From the NCBI RefSeq assembly GCF_000150275.1, contig NW_002060948.1, positions 4,316,787-4,380,786 on the forward strand: a stretch of 64,000 bases of DNA, written 5' to 3'. The notes beneath the pieces were generated by a model. The model was given only the letters and a program-made list of their open reading frames with translations. It searched no databases and was not told the origin of the DNA. The position numbers and the translations under genes are program-made. Origin of the DNA: Trichoplax adhaerens (Eukaryota; Animalia; Placozoa). Positions 27,509 through 41,250 of the stretch are shown here, piece by piece; positions within the stretch are counted from its first letter, which is position 1; each line of letters begins with the position of its first letter.

Positions 27509-30500
27509 CTAACGATCATACGTAATATCGGAATTGGTATTGCTATTATTAATTGATTGTAAATGGACAATTTCCTGCATTTCAGCTAAACTAGATAGAT
27601 CTTGAACGTAGTTTTCAACAGTATTTTCAGAATCCATTCCCTGTCAACAAATCAGTTTTTAGGATATAACAATTATTATTAGCTGCTGATAAGGAAATGA
27701 AACTGCACGTCGTGAACAGGTACAAGATGTAAATCAAATGAATCAGCTATTAGGCATTTACCTGGGCAGCATTTTGAAAGATCAAACGTTGATAATTTTT
27801 TCTAGTTTCTGGCACTATAAATGGAGTAATCAGTAAACACTTTTAGTAGCTATTAATTAATTTTATTACCAAATGCATTTATAATGCAACGTACAGTATG
27901 TATAGGTTTCATTTCTCTGATTATGGTTGTTTTCTTGTTTATGCTGCTGTTCATTGACAAGGTTAGGACGCTCACTTGTGCTTGTTACTAGGTTATGGGA
28001 ATTATTTTTAAAATCTAACCCTTGGTATATAGAATCTAAATGCATGTGAAATTAATTAGGCAGTATTGAGATTGCTATAATCTTCATAAGAGGGCGCAGC
28101 ATACTTTTATAATTATATAAATTATTTCATATATATCTCAGTTACTTTACAGCAATAGTCATTTATTAATTAGTGGACAGATTCCTCTTTAATTTTGTTA
28201 ACTTACCTTGCTGTGATAGGCTTACAAATACTTCAGAGTCATGACGATCAATACCTTGATTATGAAATCCACCCTGAATAGAGTTGCCAGCACTGTTTTG
28301 AGGAGCTGTTGTTCCATGGACAGGGGGCTCCTCAGTCTGGTATAGAAGATTCGCTGATTCTTGCGTATCATTACAATTTACTGCATTTGCCGATTCCTCA
28401 TGGTTTTCTTGACTTGTCGTATACTGTGAACAAGATTATTATACAAGAATGGAAATATTAAAATATATGATAGCTCGGGTTAAAATTATAAACAAACTCT
28501 AGCTTACATTCCCATGATCTTCCTCTGAGTTAACTAAATATAGATTAGAGATTGTTAAATATACTGCTTAAATAACCATTTTACTTTGGGATAGCGAAGC
28601 CAGATATAATTCATCATAAACACATTTTATAGATATATTAACTGCAAGAATCGATGATTTACCGATGATATTCATCTCTGTTTCTGAAAGGACCTTTAGA
28701 GGGTTTCGAGAGAAGCATCTTAAGAAATGTATATAAAGAAGCGTTTATTTTAGTTCGATAAACAAACGAGACCAAGATTGTAACTGTTACATTCTTGATG
28801 AATCATTCTTATAGACTTACAGTTTCTTTCTTCTCTTGTAGATTAATACAGCAGCCAATACCAAAATTATAAATGTAGCTAATACAGCAGCTCCTACAAT
28901 CGCTAAAACCTGCTCCTGATGATTTATGCATTCTGATTCTAAATAATGTATTATTATCAGTTTTTTTGATAATGATTAATTCAAGTTCTTAATATATAAA
29001 TTATAATGAATCGGAAAATAAGATTGTTTCTATGTCTCTTAATATTTTGTATCTTAATGCTATAAAGTATTAATTCGTCTTGTATAGCAATCATTTTAAA
29101 GATTGCCATCTAATCTTATTTACATCAAGTTATTGGTAATAGAACTTACCTATTGCATGATTTATAGTCTTATTATATAGTATAAATACACCAGGATTCG
29201 TTGTAACATTTAATACCACCGAAAACATATAAACTACTCTTCTTTTAAGATCCGTTATATTTATTCTATTCATATTAGACTTTGGCAATGATTTAAGGGG
29301 CATCATTTGTTTTGGTAATATGCTGTATTCTACGTGAAAAACACTGACATTATTCTTGTATAAATCATTGATCCACCAGCGCACCTGAACCGCGGAACAA
29401 TTTAAATCAATAACCGCTAGATTTGTCAGTAGCGTTAGTAGATTATTGTTCCCTACAGATGATAAAAGGCATTTCCAGTTAGGGTGTTGAACCAATCTCG
29501 AACCGTATATGAAGTTAATATAGAAGTCAAACGCGCATAAGGAATATTACACTTTACCATTTTTATCATGTTTAATGTTATGTGATATATACCGATCACG
29601 AAACTCCAAATTTTAGAAAAATAAGGGCTTTATTGAATCTTATATAAAGATTAACTACACACAGCTCTACTCTAGCCGAATACTACTACTAAAGACTTCT
29701 ACAACGAATTAACAGAATAATCTAAAGTTGCATGCTTTTATACTTTACGTAACATTCGCAGCTACAATCCGCATGGCAACCTTTTACCTTATTTTACACA
29801 TAGTAAAATTATTCTTAATAACACTATTCTACTGCGGACCATCATTAATCCGATATGGATACGACTACAGTATTTACGTAGACATTATTCACACCAGCCA
29901 AAGTGCAATGAATTAACCATATCCTAATATATGATTGACAGTTCTATTTTTACCTATAGCCTCAGTAGTAACTCAACACCTTACTATATATAGTCATCTG
30001 TACTCTAGCATAGGGTCTAAACCACTACAGTCTATAGCTATGGCTACCAAACATCTCTTAGGATAAATATAGAAGTTACGCTACCGTGCATTATACTAAA
30101 CATGGCTAACAGTCTACAATCACAATACTAAGTTACATTACATGTTATATAGTAATTTGTTAAATTAAACAACAGTTATATTCAAAGTTTTAATTCTAAC
30201 TAGTAAAAATATTCAAGTAATACTGGTTTCTCCTTATATTTATCATTAAAAAGAGCAGTAAATTAATGGAACTCCTAATTTCAGAGTACTTCATTGCAGT
30301 AAAACTGTTTTTCGAGCAGTAAGTTTTCTCTTTAATTCATTCAATGCATGAAAATAGTAATCCTACGACAAATTTGACGGCTACTTAATATTATAAATGA
30401 GTATTTTAGTACCGCTGTTATGCATAGTGAGCTTTAAGGCCAGGTTCAATTAAAATGATTCATCATGTCTGATTCTAGTCATATATCAACTTAGTAACCT

Positions 30501-33500
30501 TCTGATACAACAAATTAAGCAGTATACAGTAAAGTATTAAATCTAAATATCTAGCTTGCGCAGTACTAATTCATAATTAAGAAAAATGTTGCAGCTACAG
30601 CATAGCTGACAACGAATGCAAACTTGTTCAAAACAGGTTTGAGCTCTTTACAGTTACCGCTCTCTCTGCATTCACTTATTTCGCCTGTAGTATCCTCATT
30701 GATATACAGATTTGCTTTATGTGTTTCTACTTATTTAGATTTACTTTTAAGATAGTTTAAATGTAGCAGATCAGATTTACTTACCAGTACTTTCGGTATA
30801 GGCCGACGTAGTTGCTGAAATTGCTGGCTTTCTAGTCACATTGGTGTCATGGCAAGTATTATCTACAAAGCAATATTTAAAGCCTTTAATACTAGCCATT
30901 TCTTACTCTAAGTTATCGCTAGATAAATTGCACTATTATGCGTATAAATTGCTACTGCACAGTTTTTACTTTGCCGTAAATTCATATGTATTTGTAACCA
31001 AATTTCAAGATAAAGTTATGATATTACCGAAGGTGTAATTTTGAGCTTTAGAGCTTATAAATGAGATTTCACCGCTCGTAGCTAAAAGCGCTTTAAGAGT
31101 AATAGTATAAACCATGCTTTCATTCACATTATTGATCAATAAATGACCGGCCAACGGCTTAATTTTTACTTTGCGTACATATCCGTTACTCTGAAACTGA
31201 TCAAGTATGTGCCAAGCAATATTTAATATTAAACTATAATTATTAGGATTATTAATAACCCAAGACACTTCGAGCGTCGAACAGTTGAGTGACCGAAAAG
31301 ACATGGCATTAATGTCTATATCAACATCTAAACCTATTAAAAGTTGAAATTTTACTCACGTTAGATTTTCTAGAATTGTTGCTAAATGATAAGATGAACA
31401 CATACGGAAAGTGTTAGCTTACTATTATTTTTGCAGACGTAGCTGCCATTTTCCTCTTTACAGCATATCCCGTTGACACATGAGGATAGACATTGGTATA
31501 TCAGAGTCTCACAATATGCACCAGTATAGCATTGTCGACATAGACATTTATATCCAAAACCGTCATTGTGATTTTTGCAAGTACCTCTATTGAAACACGA
31601 GCTAGAGTTACATTGTTCTACACAAGTCTGACATTGGATACCAGTATAACCTGGTAAGCATTGGCATTTAAATCCTGATTTAGAATTTGCGCAGGTTGCA
31701 TTATTATAGCAAGAATTATTAACGCAGAAGTTTAATTTACAGCCACAATTTCGACCAGTATATCCTTGAAAGCATGAACACTTGTAACCTTCGACATAAT
31801 CTTCGCATGTTCCATTTATGCAGGTGCTACTATTGCATTGGTAAATTTTATTTTCACAGTAAATTCCACTAAATCCTGATAAACATGAACAATTATAACT
31901 GCCCATCCAGTCGTTGCAGGTTCCATTATTTTGACATGAATTGGTATTACATAGCACAACAGCAGCTTCACAGTTTTCAGCAGTATATCCATCAGTACAA
32001 TTACACTTGTAACTTCCTGATAAATTTATACACAGGCCGTTATTATTGCAAGTTTTAGAATTACATTCATTAATATCATGTTCACAGTTCGTTCCATTAT
32101 AGCCAGTTCTGCAGATACATATATAATTGCCTATTCTATCAATACAAATCCCATTATGTTGGCATGGATCAGATTGGCATTCAGCAATATCAGTTTCACA
32201 GTTTTGACCAGTATATCCATCTGTACAGTTACATTGGCAATTGTTAGAGTAATTTATGAACAGACCGTTATTATAGCAAGTTTTAGAATTACATTCATTA
32301 ACATCATATTCACAGTCCGTTCCATTATAACCAGAAGAGCAATTACATGTGTAACTACCTATTTTATCAATGCAAGTCCCATTATGCTGGCATGGGTTAG
32401 ATTGACACTCGACAATATCAGTTTCACAGTTTTGACCAGTATATCCATCTGTACATTTACATTTATAACTTCCTAATAAATTTATACATAAGCCATTGTT
32501 ACTGCAAGTTTCATAATTACACTCATCAATGTCATGTTCACAGTTCGTTCCGTTATAGCCGCTAGAACAGTTACATATGTAGCTGTTTATTCCATCAATA
32601 CAAATTCCATTACGTCGACATGGATCAGAATGACATTCTCTAGTATCAGTTTCACAATTTTGACCAGTATATCCATCTGAACAATTACATTTGTAACTTC
32701 CTACTAAATTTATACATAAGCCATTGTTATTGCAAGTTACATAATTACACTCATCAATGTCGTGTTCACAGTTTGTTCCGCTATAGCCACTTGTACAGTA
32801 ACATATGTAACCGTTTATTCTATCAATGCAAGTTCCATCACGTCGGCATGGATTAGAATGACATTCTGCAATATTACTTTCACAATTTCGGCCAGTATAC
32901 CCACCTGAACAGTCGCATACATAACTTCCCGATAAATTTATACATAAGCCGTTATTATTGCAAGTTTCATAATTACACTCATCAATGTCGTGTTCACAGT
33001 TTGTTCCGTTATAGCCACTAGTACAATTACATATGTAACTGTATATTCTATCGATACAAGTTCCATTATGTCGGCATGGATTAGAATGACATTCTGCAAT
33101 ATTACTTTCACAATTTTGACCAGTATATCCATCTGTACAGTCGCATATATAACCTCCCGATAAATTTATACATAAGCCGTTATCATTACAAGTTTCTTAA
33201 TTACATTCATCAATATCGTGTTCACAATTCGTTCCATTGAAACCACTAGTACAGTTACATGTGTAACTGTTTATTCTATCGATACAAGTTCCATTATGTC
33301 GGCATGGATTAGAATGACATTCTGCAATATTACTTTCACAATTTTGACCAGTATATCCATCTGTACAGTCGCATATATAACCTCCCGATAAATTTATACA
33401 TAAGCCGTTATTATTACAAGTTTCATAATTACACTCATCAATATCGTGTTCACAATTCGTTCCATTGAAACCACTAGTACAGTTACATGTGTAACTGTTT

Positions 33501-36500
33501 ATTCTATCGATACAAGTTCCATTATGACGGCATGGATTAGAATGACATTCTGCAATATTACTTTCACAATTTTGACCAGTATATCCATCTGTACAGTCGC
33601 ATATATAACCTCCCGATAAATTTATACATAAGCCGTTATTATTACAAATTTCATAATTACATTCATCAATATCGTGTTCACAATTCGTTCCATTGAAACC
33701 ACTAGTACAGTTACATGTGTAACTGTTTATTCTATCGATACATGCTCCATTGTGTTGGCATAGATTAGATTGGCACTTAGAAATATCTGTATATAAACAA
33801 AAAAAGGCAAGCAGCATAGTATATTTAGTTTACTCACTCACTAAAATGGTATGAAAACTAATACATTGTTTCTTTCTTACAGCAGTTTAACTATAATTAG
33901 TTATGTATGTAACAATGCTGCCCTAATTCCATTTATTTATACATTTAAATACCGTGATAGCCTCAGTAATCAATTTTCAATTTTTTAAATGAACATTTAT
34001 ATTTTGATACCTGATTACGTATTGCGTAATCAGTCAACTTAAATAGCAATTTCAAAATACAACATATTTAAATCACCATTATCGCATCTCGTTCCCGTAA
34101 AACTGTGTAAGCAGGAGCAATTATATCCATTAGCGACATTGTAACAAGTACCATTTACACAAGGATTTGATTTGCATGCATCTATTTCTGCGAAAGTAAT
34201 ATTCGTAAGAGAAAGCCTTAGTTTAGAGTGGGCCTTTTATAAAACAATCGGCTAGAGCCTAATAAATGTAATATCTAAAACAGAAAAGTGGTGGTACTAG
34301 TTCTACATCAGGTTTTACGTATGGGTAGTTTAACTATCGTACGTATCTAGTTTACTTCGCGAGTGATCAACAATATAGTATTCTTGTTTGCAACTTTTAT
34401 ATCTGCACAACAAATAAAAGAATGCAAACCAACAACTTAAGCTGATATGAAGACTCATTCGTGTGAATACCGATGATATGCCCGATAATTATAATTAGTT
34501 AATGAATTGGTAAACCTGTACAATATCCTCAAATCTCGGTGAATTATGAGGATGAAATAGATGAAAACATTTTCAAAATCTAATAAATAAATCCTCGAAC
34601 CTGTTTCACAAAGTTTACCAGTTCGTTGCGGAGGACACATACAATTGAAACTATACGTTCCATTAACGCAAGTTGTATTAGAATGACATGGATTAGACAA
34701 ACAAGGATTATTTCCTACAATACGCAGAATTAAATAAATTTATAATCAACTTCAAATCGCCTCAGTTTTAAGATATTCTATTATCTAATGATGTTGGTTT
34801 GAAGTAAGCGAAGTAGGGACAATGCAAGTAACGAAATTTATGGCGATGGCAGTCATCAATTTAATGGATATCATATCAATAATATTATTTAGAAAGTCTT
34901 GTACGTATTTACTTTTTTCGCAACGGCTACCACTAAATACGTTAACACACGACACCAGAAAGTTTACGCGGAGGTTAGATTTTTTCCGATATATCCCATT
35001 TATTGTTATGTTATGGTTAGTACCAGCATTGATAGAAAATAGGTGTAAAAAATCGTTCATCAGCCTATACGAGAAATTAGGCGATGTGCCGTCTTGATCC
35101 CAAACGGAAACATTTACACGCAAATTGCCCTTTAGAAAATTAAATACACGTTTAAAACTTCAATTAATGGAGCTAGCGTTGTTTCTTTTTCTATGTGGCC
35201 GAACTGTAATGTCGTTGCCAGCAAAGAAATTCATTCTATAGCTTATTAAGGAAAGTCACTCACTGCTTTAAATTAATTACATGAACCACTTGGTCAGGTA
35301 GTAAGTAATAAAGGTGCTTATTCTTAGATATCCTAAAGAAGCCAGCACCCAATTATTATCGATAATGCTGTAAATCATTTTCTTTAACATGCAAAATTGC
35401 AAGCATCAACTCTTCATGGATACTGACTATTCCCTTTGCCGGTAAGTAAAATATATTATACGTCGCAAAAACAGTTCAATTAGTTTATTATGTTAAACTA
35501 TTTCTAGTTTAACTAATTATATTGATCTACCAATACACCATTTTTCTGCATCACAAATACATACTATCTACTCTTGATCATCAATCATAAAAGATCATAG
35601 ATTATAGTCTCAGTTTTACAGTAATTACTATACTTACCGACCACTCATCAATAAAAGGGATTACAATAGGATTTCTGATTGTACCGGCATTATTGAGGGC
35701 TTCATTAGGCAGAAATTTATATGCTAAATAAGTATTACGAAGTATTTTTGAAGTAAAGCTCCAGTATCTGGTGAAATTAGACGGAGTTCCGAGGGAGAAT
35801 CTGAGCTGTTTATCACAGATCTCAGAACTAGGATTAAAAGTGTTTTGTTTGTCACATTTTATACCCTCATGATCTTTTTGTCCATTAGTATCCAGCCAAT
35901 ATAACGTCATCGTAATAGTCCCACGCTGCACTGTGTCAGTTCTTCCAGTCTTTATTAAAAAAAATTCAATTTATTAATAATTTCACATTTCCGACTACAC
36001 TAGCTAATCTTAATGATTAAGAATGATTTAAAATTAGTTCAGCAGCATTTTATAGCAATAAGTCTTAAAATGGCAAAAAATCAAAGGATTTACATGTGAT
36101 GAAACGAAACTATTAGGGCCCATAACTGGCCTTGAGTTAGAAAAGTGAGATGTAATACTTGTTTGCGCAATCTATTACATCTAATAAATAAGTAAATGAT
36201 TATATATTATATAGCACATTCGCTACATATTTTATACTTATAATTGAAATTTTATTGACTTAAGGATTAATTCATTACTATATTGCATTTTGCTAGATTG
36301 AAATTTAATATTTCGTTTCGAATACATTTATTGCCTTATATGTTATAAGCTGAATTAAATGTTAATCTTAGCCTTTAAATTGAATTTCAGGCTAGTTTAG
36401 AATTATTTCATCTACAATTTTAGCTGATAGTGTTATAGGAGGTATGGTTATGTTTAATTATTTTAATTAACAAAAATAGACCGAAAGATGCACCTCGTAA

Positions 36501-36962
36501 TTACCCAGAAACTGGTTAGAAATGGGTAAACTCCTAATCATTCTATAACCTCTATAAATGCCTCAAGAACGGTGCAGATCTGTTTGCATTATTCTCAGCT
36601 CAATTTATGAGTAGACACGTAACAAGATTTTCGAAACTATTAATTCATCAATATTACTTTTATGAAAATTAAAAGTGCACAATTTCATTGTCATTTTTAA
36701 TGTAAAAAATTCGGTCTTGTTAAATTCATATTTCAATAGATGGAATGTTGGTTGATAAATTAAAAATTTGCATTTACGAAAAATTTATCAGTTCCTATCA
36801 AAGCATTGTCTAAACTGATTTATACTTGTTGCTAAAATATCTAACGGCTAACTTATATTACTAATAGTAAATTTGAATCAATCTAGTTTGACTTTAGCAT
36901 ACCTGTGATGTTGCAAGAAGGAAGTAAAGCATCAACATTCCTCGATAGAAGACAATTGCCAT
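27509..36962 (-). CDS. Gene B: paralogous Delta/Jagged-derived membrane protein (SP, C2/MNNL, truncated DSL, ~22 EGF, 2 FN3, TM, tail), disrupted by a nonsense codon; possible pseudogene or null allele
   Basis: Exon 1 36903-36962 (MAIVFYRGMLMLYFLLATSQ). C2 exons 35638-35949 and 34913-35129; two single-EGF exons; 2364-nt EGF exon 31423-33786 with in-frame TAA at 33197-33199. FN3 31028-31327 and 29150-29452; TM 28821-28938 (VLAIVGAAVLATFIILVLAAVLIYKRRKK); tail ends ...SDITYDR* at 27509. Confidence 0.8.
29150..31327 (-). other. Gene B two FN3 exons (31028-31327, 29150-29452) with a Thr/Ser-rich linker exon (30785-30862)
   Basis: SLNCSTLEVSW...NNVNESMVYTITLKA and DLNCSAVQVRW...ITDLKRRVVYMFSV; linker DNTCHDTNVTRKPAISATTSAYTEST. 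Confidence 0.72.
29581..30142 (-). mobile_element. Solo LTR, family 1, copy 3 (562 bp, TSD TGTTA), in an intron of gene B
   Basis: TGTGAT...CATTACA termini, TGTTA on both flanks, near-identical to the other two copies. Confidence 0.88.
31975..33780 (-). repeat. Coding tandem repeat, 228-bp unit (two cbEGF, 76 aa), ~8 copies
   Basis: The DIDEC anchor recurs at 33667, 33439, 33211, 32983, 32755, 32527, 32299 and 32071. The 5' units are nearly identical. Confidence 0.92.
34913..35949 (-). other. Gene B N-terminal C2/MNNL domain plus DSL remnant (two exons)
   Basis: GTITMTLYWLDTNGQKDHEGIKCD...ICDKQLRFSLGTPSNFTRYWSFT...NPIVIPFIDEWS|GNLRVNVSVWDQD...VNFLVSCVNVFSGSRCEK. Confidence 0.78.
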
Positions 36963-39900
36963 GCTTAACTTTAGCTACAGACTATCATGTATTAACGTAA
37001 AAGATCAGCTTGTCAATTCTGCTCTACCAATCCTACTGTCCGAAATTTCTGATAAGTTATAGCTTGTTAAACTTCGGAACGGCATTATTATTCGCTACGG
37101 AAGCGATGTAACATTCAAGGAAGTTAGCATAAGTAGGCTGCATAGTTTCTATTCCAATGTTTAACTAAGGATGACGTAATGAGCCAAAAGCATTTACTTT
37201 CGAAAGCGGTAGGATATGAATGGCGATACGTAGTCTCTAGTTATAAAAATAAGTAATTACCTTGACTTATCTTGCTTTATTAAATTGTCGCATGCGTATT
37301 TCTGTCGTGAGATGATAGATGGAAGAGCTAACTATAAGATCATAGAATATCTACTTCCAAAATTTGGAGCTGATTTTTCGTCCTATTTCCGAGAATGAAA
37401 TCAGCAAGATCCATAAATGATTAATTCTTATATAACATAGGTATGTACAAAGATTACGAACTATAATAGCATAGTTCCCGTAAATTATTTAAAGCAGTAC
37501 GGTAGATGATTTCATCGCTCTAAAATATGTAAAATAGCTTTAATAACAACTACTTTCCTGCCTACTTATAATGGAAGAACAGACAGTTGAAGCAAGCTGC
37601 TTTAATCTAAAGTAATTCATAAGTTCTTATCATCACAATTAATCAGAACTAGGACGATAACTTCTACTATAAAGGTACCATCATTGTGTAGCCGTAGTAA
37701 GTCCTAATTACGTAATGGTTCCTTTAATTATTCATATTCAGCTACTTTAACAAATCTAATCCTAACATATTCTATGAGATATGGCCATATTGTTCGTCTA
37801 TATTATAAAATTCAATTCATTAACTTCCATGAGCTTATAAAGTAGACTCGACAGAAGAGATAGACAAAATCCTCAATTATTCGTTAGCAATGTTTTACTG
37901 CAAGACGTAATATTACTTTCTGGCTCATAGTAAATGAATTATAAGTTCTGTTATGAATACAGTACTATTTGCCATAGAATAAATTATCTGAATGAGCTCT
38001 ATTCCCTGAATTAATACATAATTATAGTCTTTAATAAGCAAGAATTAATCAGTTAGGGCCTCTATAGAAAGAAACCTACCCCAAAAAACAGTTAATTACT
38101 TAAGATATAATTCTCAGGAATTCTTCTACAGTAATTGAGACCTTTCAAACAAACTAAGTAATCTAGTTGAAAGTGCAGTTGGTAAATTAAGTTTTTAATA
38201 AATAGTAGTATAAATACAGAACTGATTAAAGTTAATTTTCGTTAGTTTCTACTTTAATTATTTTAAATAGTACGGTAATCAATTACGACACATGAATTTG
38301 GGGATGAATTTTCATTTTATCGGTTCCGTCATAGTGGAAAAACAATGCAGTTATGTTTCAATTAGTTACTTCGATAAATAAGTGCTTACGCCCAGAATTT
38401 TAGCATATGATTTACATAAAAGTCATATTTACACATTACGGCTAGATAAGACAGTAACGTTCATGAAATTGATCACTAGAAGCGACCAGTGGAATAATCA
38501 ATTCTTCTAGTAATGGTAAAGCTACAGCGGTTTTGTCATTTTGCAAAGTGCCCGGGCAGTTTGCAAAATGACCGACTTCGCATACGGTCACGTTCAGATA
38601 TACATTAAATGAACTGATGTCGTTTTATTTGCGCACAAATTTCCAGTTATTACCGCATTCATATTAACTAGTCCACGAAGAGCCTGCATTAATTTTATGT
38701 TTTAGTAAAGTACTGTAAGAGATTTCAAGGTTTGCCACTTATCTATGCGTTCAAAGGCAAATGTTGAAAGTAATTGATAGAAATTAATAGAATATAAAGT
38801 TTAGAAGAAAGCAGTCTCAATTGGTCTTCTTCATCATTTCGTACTGCTAAATAGAGAACATAATATTGTTAATCATTAAATTAATATCTCAAGGTATTCA
38901 TATAATTGTCAATAGAATGCATGTTATTAGTGAAATTATTTTCTGCATTTCCAAAGATAAACTAATTTGTAACCTACAGAATTTCATATTACCTGGTTAA
39001 AATATAAAATTATTGACTCTCTTAAAATGAAATAAACAAAATATGCCAATATATGATTATTGCATGGTCACCAGTTTTATTCGTTACTTGTTGACACAGA
39101 TGTAGCTTCATTTACCACCATACTAAGTGATTCCATTCTTAATCAAGTCAGATATGTTTCTCTGAAAAGAATAACTCTCTATCTCTCGTGGAAAATCGTA
39201 CAATTATTGGTGGCTGTTAATAATAGCTATTATTGTTTAATTCTAAGAAAAGTCAGCATTTAAGTAATTACTTTATTCTTTATGGCGATTGCAACAAGTT
39301 TTTCGTTATACACGTAAAGTAAAAGAAATGATCTATGAAATCAAGCGTAAATATCCCTTATTAATTAAAAGTCAAATGAGTTTACTTCGACAATTCATAG
39401 TGATGAAAGTCTGGATTCACTAAAGCATAAACGACTACCATTATGCATGCCCATAAGGATAGAATTAATAAGCTAACGAACTGTATTAGTACAAGATTTC
39501 TTATGAATGTTAGAGACTTTATTATTGACCAGAATTGTTGCAATTTTCAATTTTCTATTACTTACTACTGGATTTATTATTTAAAATCTAAAAAATTGCC
39601 TTATATGTGATTATTTCAGTCTATGATGAACAAAGTTTGCAGTGATATTAACCTTTTCTGAATGAATACTATTAAAGCGCTGAAGTACATAGTAACAAAT
39701 AATATTAAAGGAAAATGACTTTCTGTAAGCGTTAAATGGATTACAGCATAAAGCTGCTTAAAAGTATGATGACATAGACACTAATATCATAAACAATACG
39801 ATCAACATTTATCTGCTTTCAAACCTCGACCAGCTAATTCGTAAAAGCTAGGGCTTACAACCTTAATTTATAAAATTAGAGCTGTCTGAATACTTTTACA

Positions 39901-41250
39901 TTATATATGGCTACCTGTAACTACAATATGAACTATCAGAATTTATAACTTGCATGAAATATAATTTACATCATGCTGCAATAATGTTTTATGTTCTTTT
40001 AATAAACTGTAATCATGCTCAATTGCGATTGTTAACAATACGGATAAATTACTTAATGTACACAGTTATAATAGACCATCACTCCTGTCAATTCAATTTA
40101 CACCTAACGAATTTCGTCTCTGAGTGCTATACAATTTCCTAAACATTATCAAATCAAATTTTCACCTGGGCTTGGAAGATTAAGGCTCCTTCTTTACGAC
40201 TAATTTCATTGCAGCCTATTGCTTTCTGCTATTTATACATGAGATGTGACTGAAATTGCACGAACATCTTATGGAATAAAATGAAAACATTTTACTTATA
40301 GTATTTAAAAAGGAGATCATGTTTAACATTAATAGCAGAAAATCAGGCCTGTAGCTCTTTTTCACTTTTTCCTATACCATACTATAGCTTAGCGAGCACT
40401 TTTAGGATATTATAAATTTATCCATGTAATTTAGTTAATTAAAGCTTTGTACGATGCATGACGAGTTAAGCCCAGTAAAAGGCATATCTTAGGTTTACAC
40501 TTTACACTAATCTTTTATTCTGCCTGTAATAGTTTGTATTTTTACTACAAAATAAAGGGTTAATAGAAATCGACAAGTATCATCCATAGCTGATAATAAG
40601 CAAGCCAAGGTAACAATTATAATTTAAGCTTATGTGGAGTTTTGACAACACAAGCGTTCTTAGTTAAAGAAAATAATTCGATAGATTAGTTTTCATTTAA
40701 ATAAGATACTGTCTAACTAAGCGCGACATTAGGCTTTCACAACCCTACGTGATTATTCAATGTACTTTTCTAATTAGCGTTGTCTTCTGTAGAATTTAAC
40801 GCTATATAATACATAAATTGTTCTTCAATTCTTCAAAAGGCTGTGACACATAATCTTAGTATGAACAAGTTATACTATCTGTCGTATACTAGTAACGTCC
40901 AGATGTTAATAAAGGTATAAGATTGGAAGGAAATCTCATTCTTATTGACATTAGTTATTGTTAAAATTTAAGATTTAAAAATTTTTAGGGCAGTAGATAT
41001 AATAATAATGAGCAAATGTAAACGAAAATCTAATGTTAATTAATAACAAAATATCCTTTCATAGAGTCTTATCTTATTCTAGCAAGAAGCGTAGATGGCA
41101 CTTTGCTTTTCTCGCTCATAATTTTTTAACGTCGTTACAAATTGGCCCCCATTCGAAGGTTTACTTTGCAAACTATTCTACTTTAGATTCCAAGCTAGAA
41201 ATAGTTAAAAGCGAATTAATCCTGTAATTTACACTACGGTGTTAAATATA

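Noticed and set aside
32078-32476. Plus-strand and off-frame ORFs over EGF exons (e.g. 14544, 32078, 34822, 45794, 45945)
   Set aside because: These are shadow frames of cysteine-rich minus-strand exons, with no independent support.
31975-33780. CRISPR-like array or other prokaryotic system
   Set aside because: The repeats are contiguous coding units without unique spacers, and the window is spliceosomal-intron-containing eukaryotic DNA.
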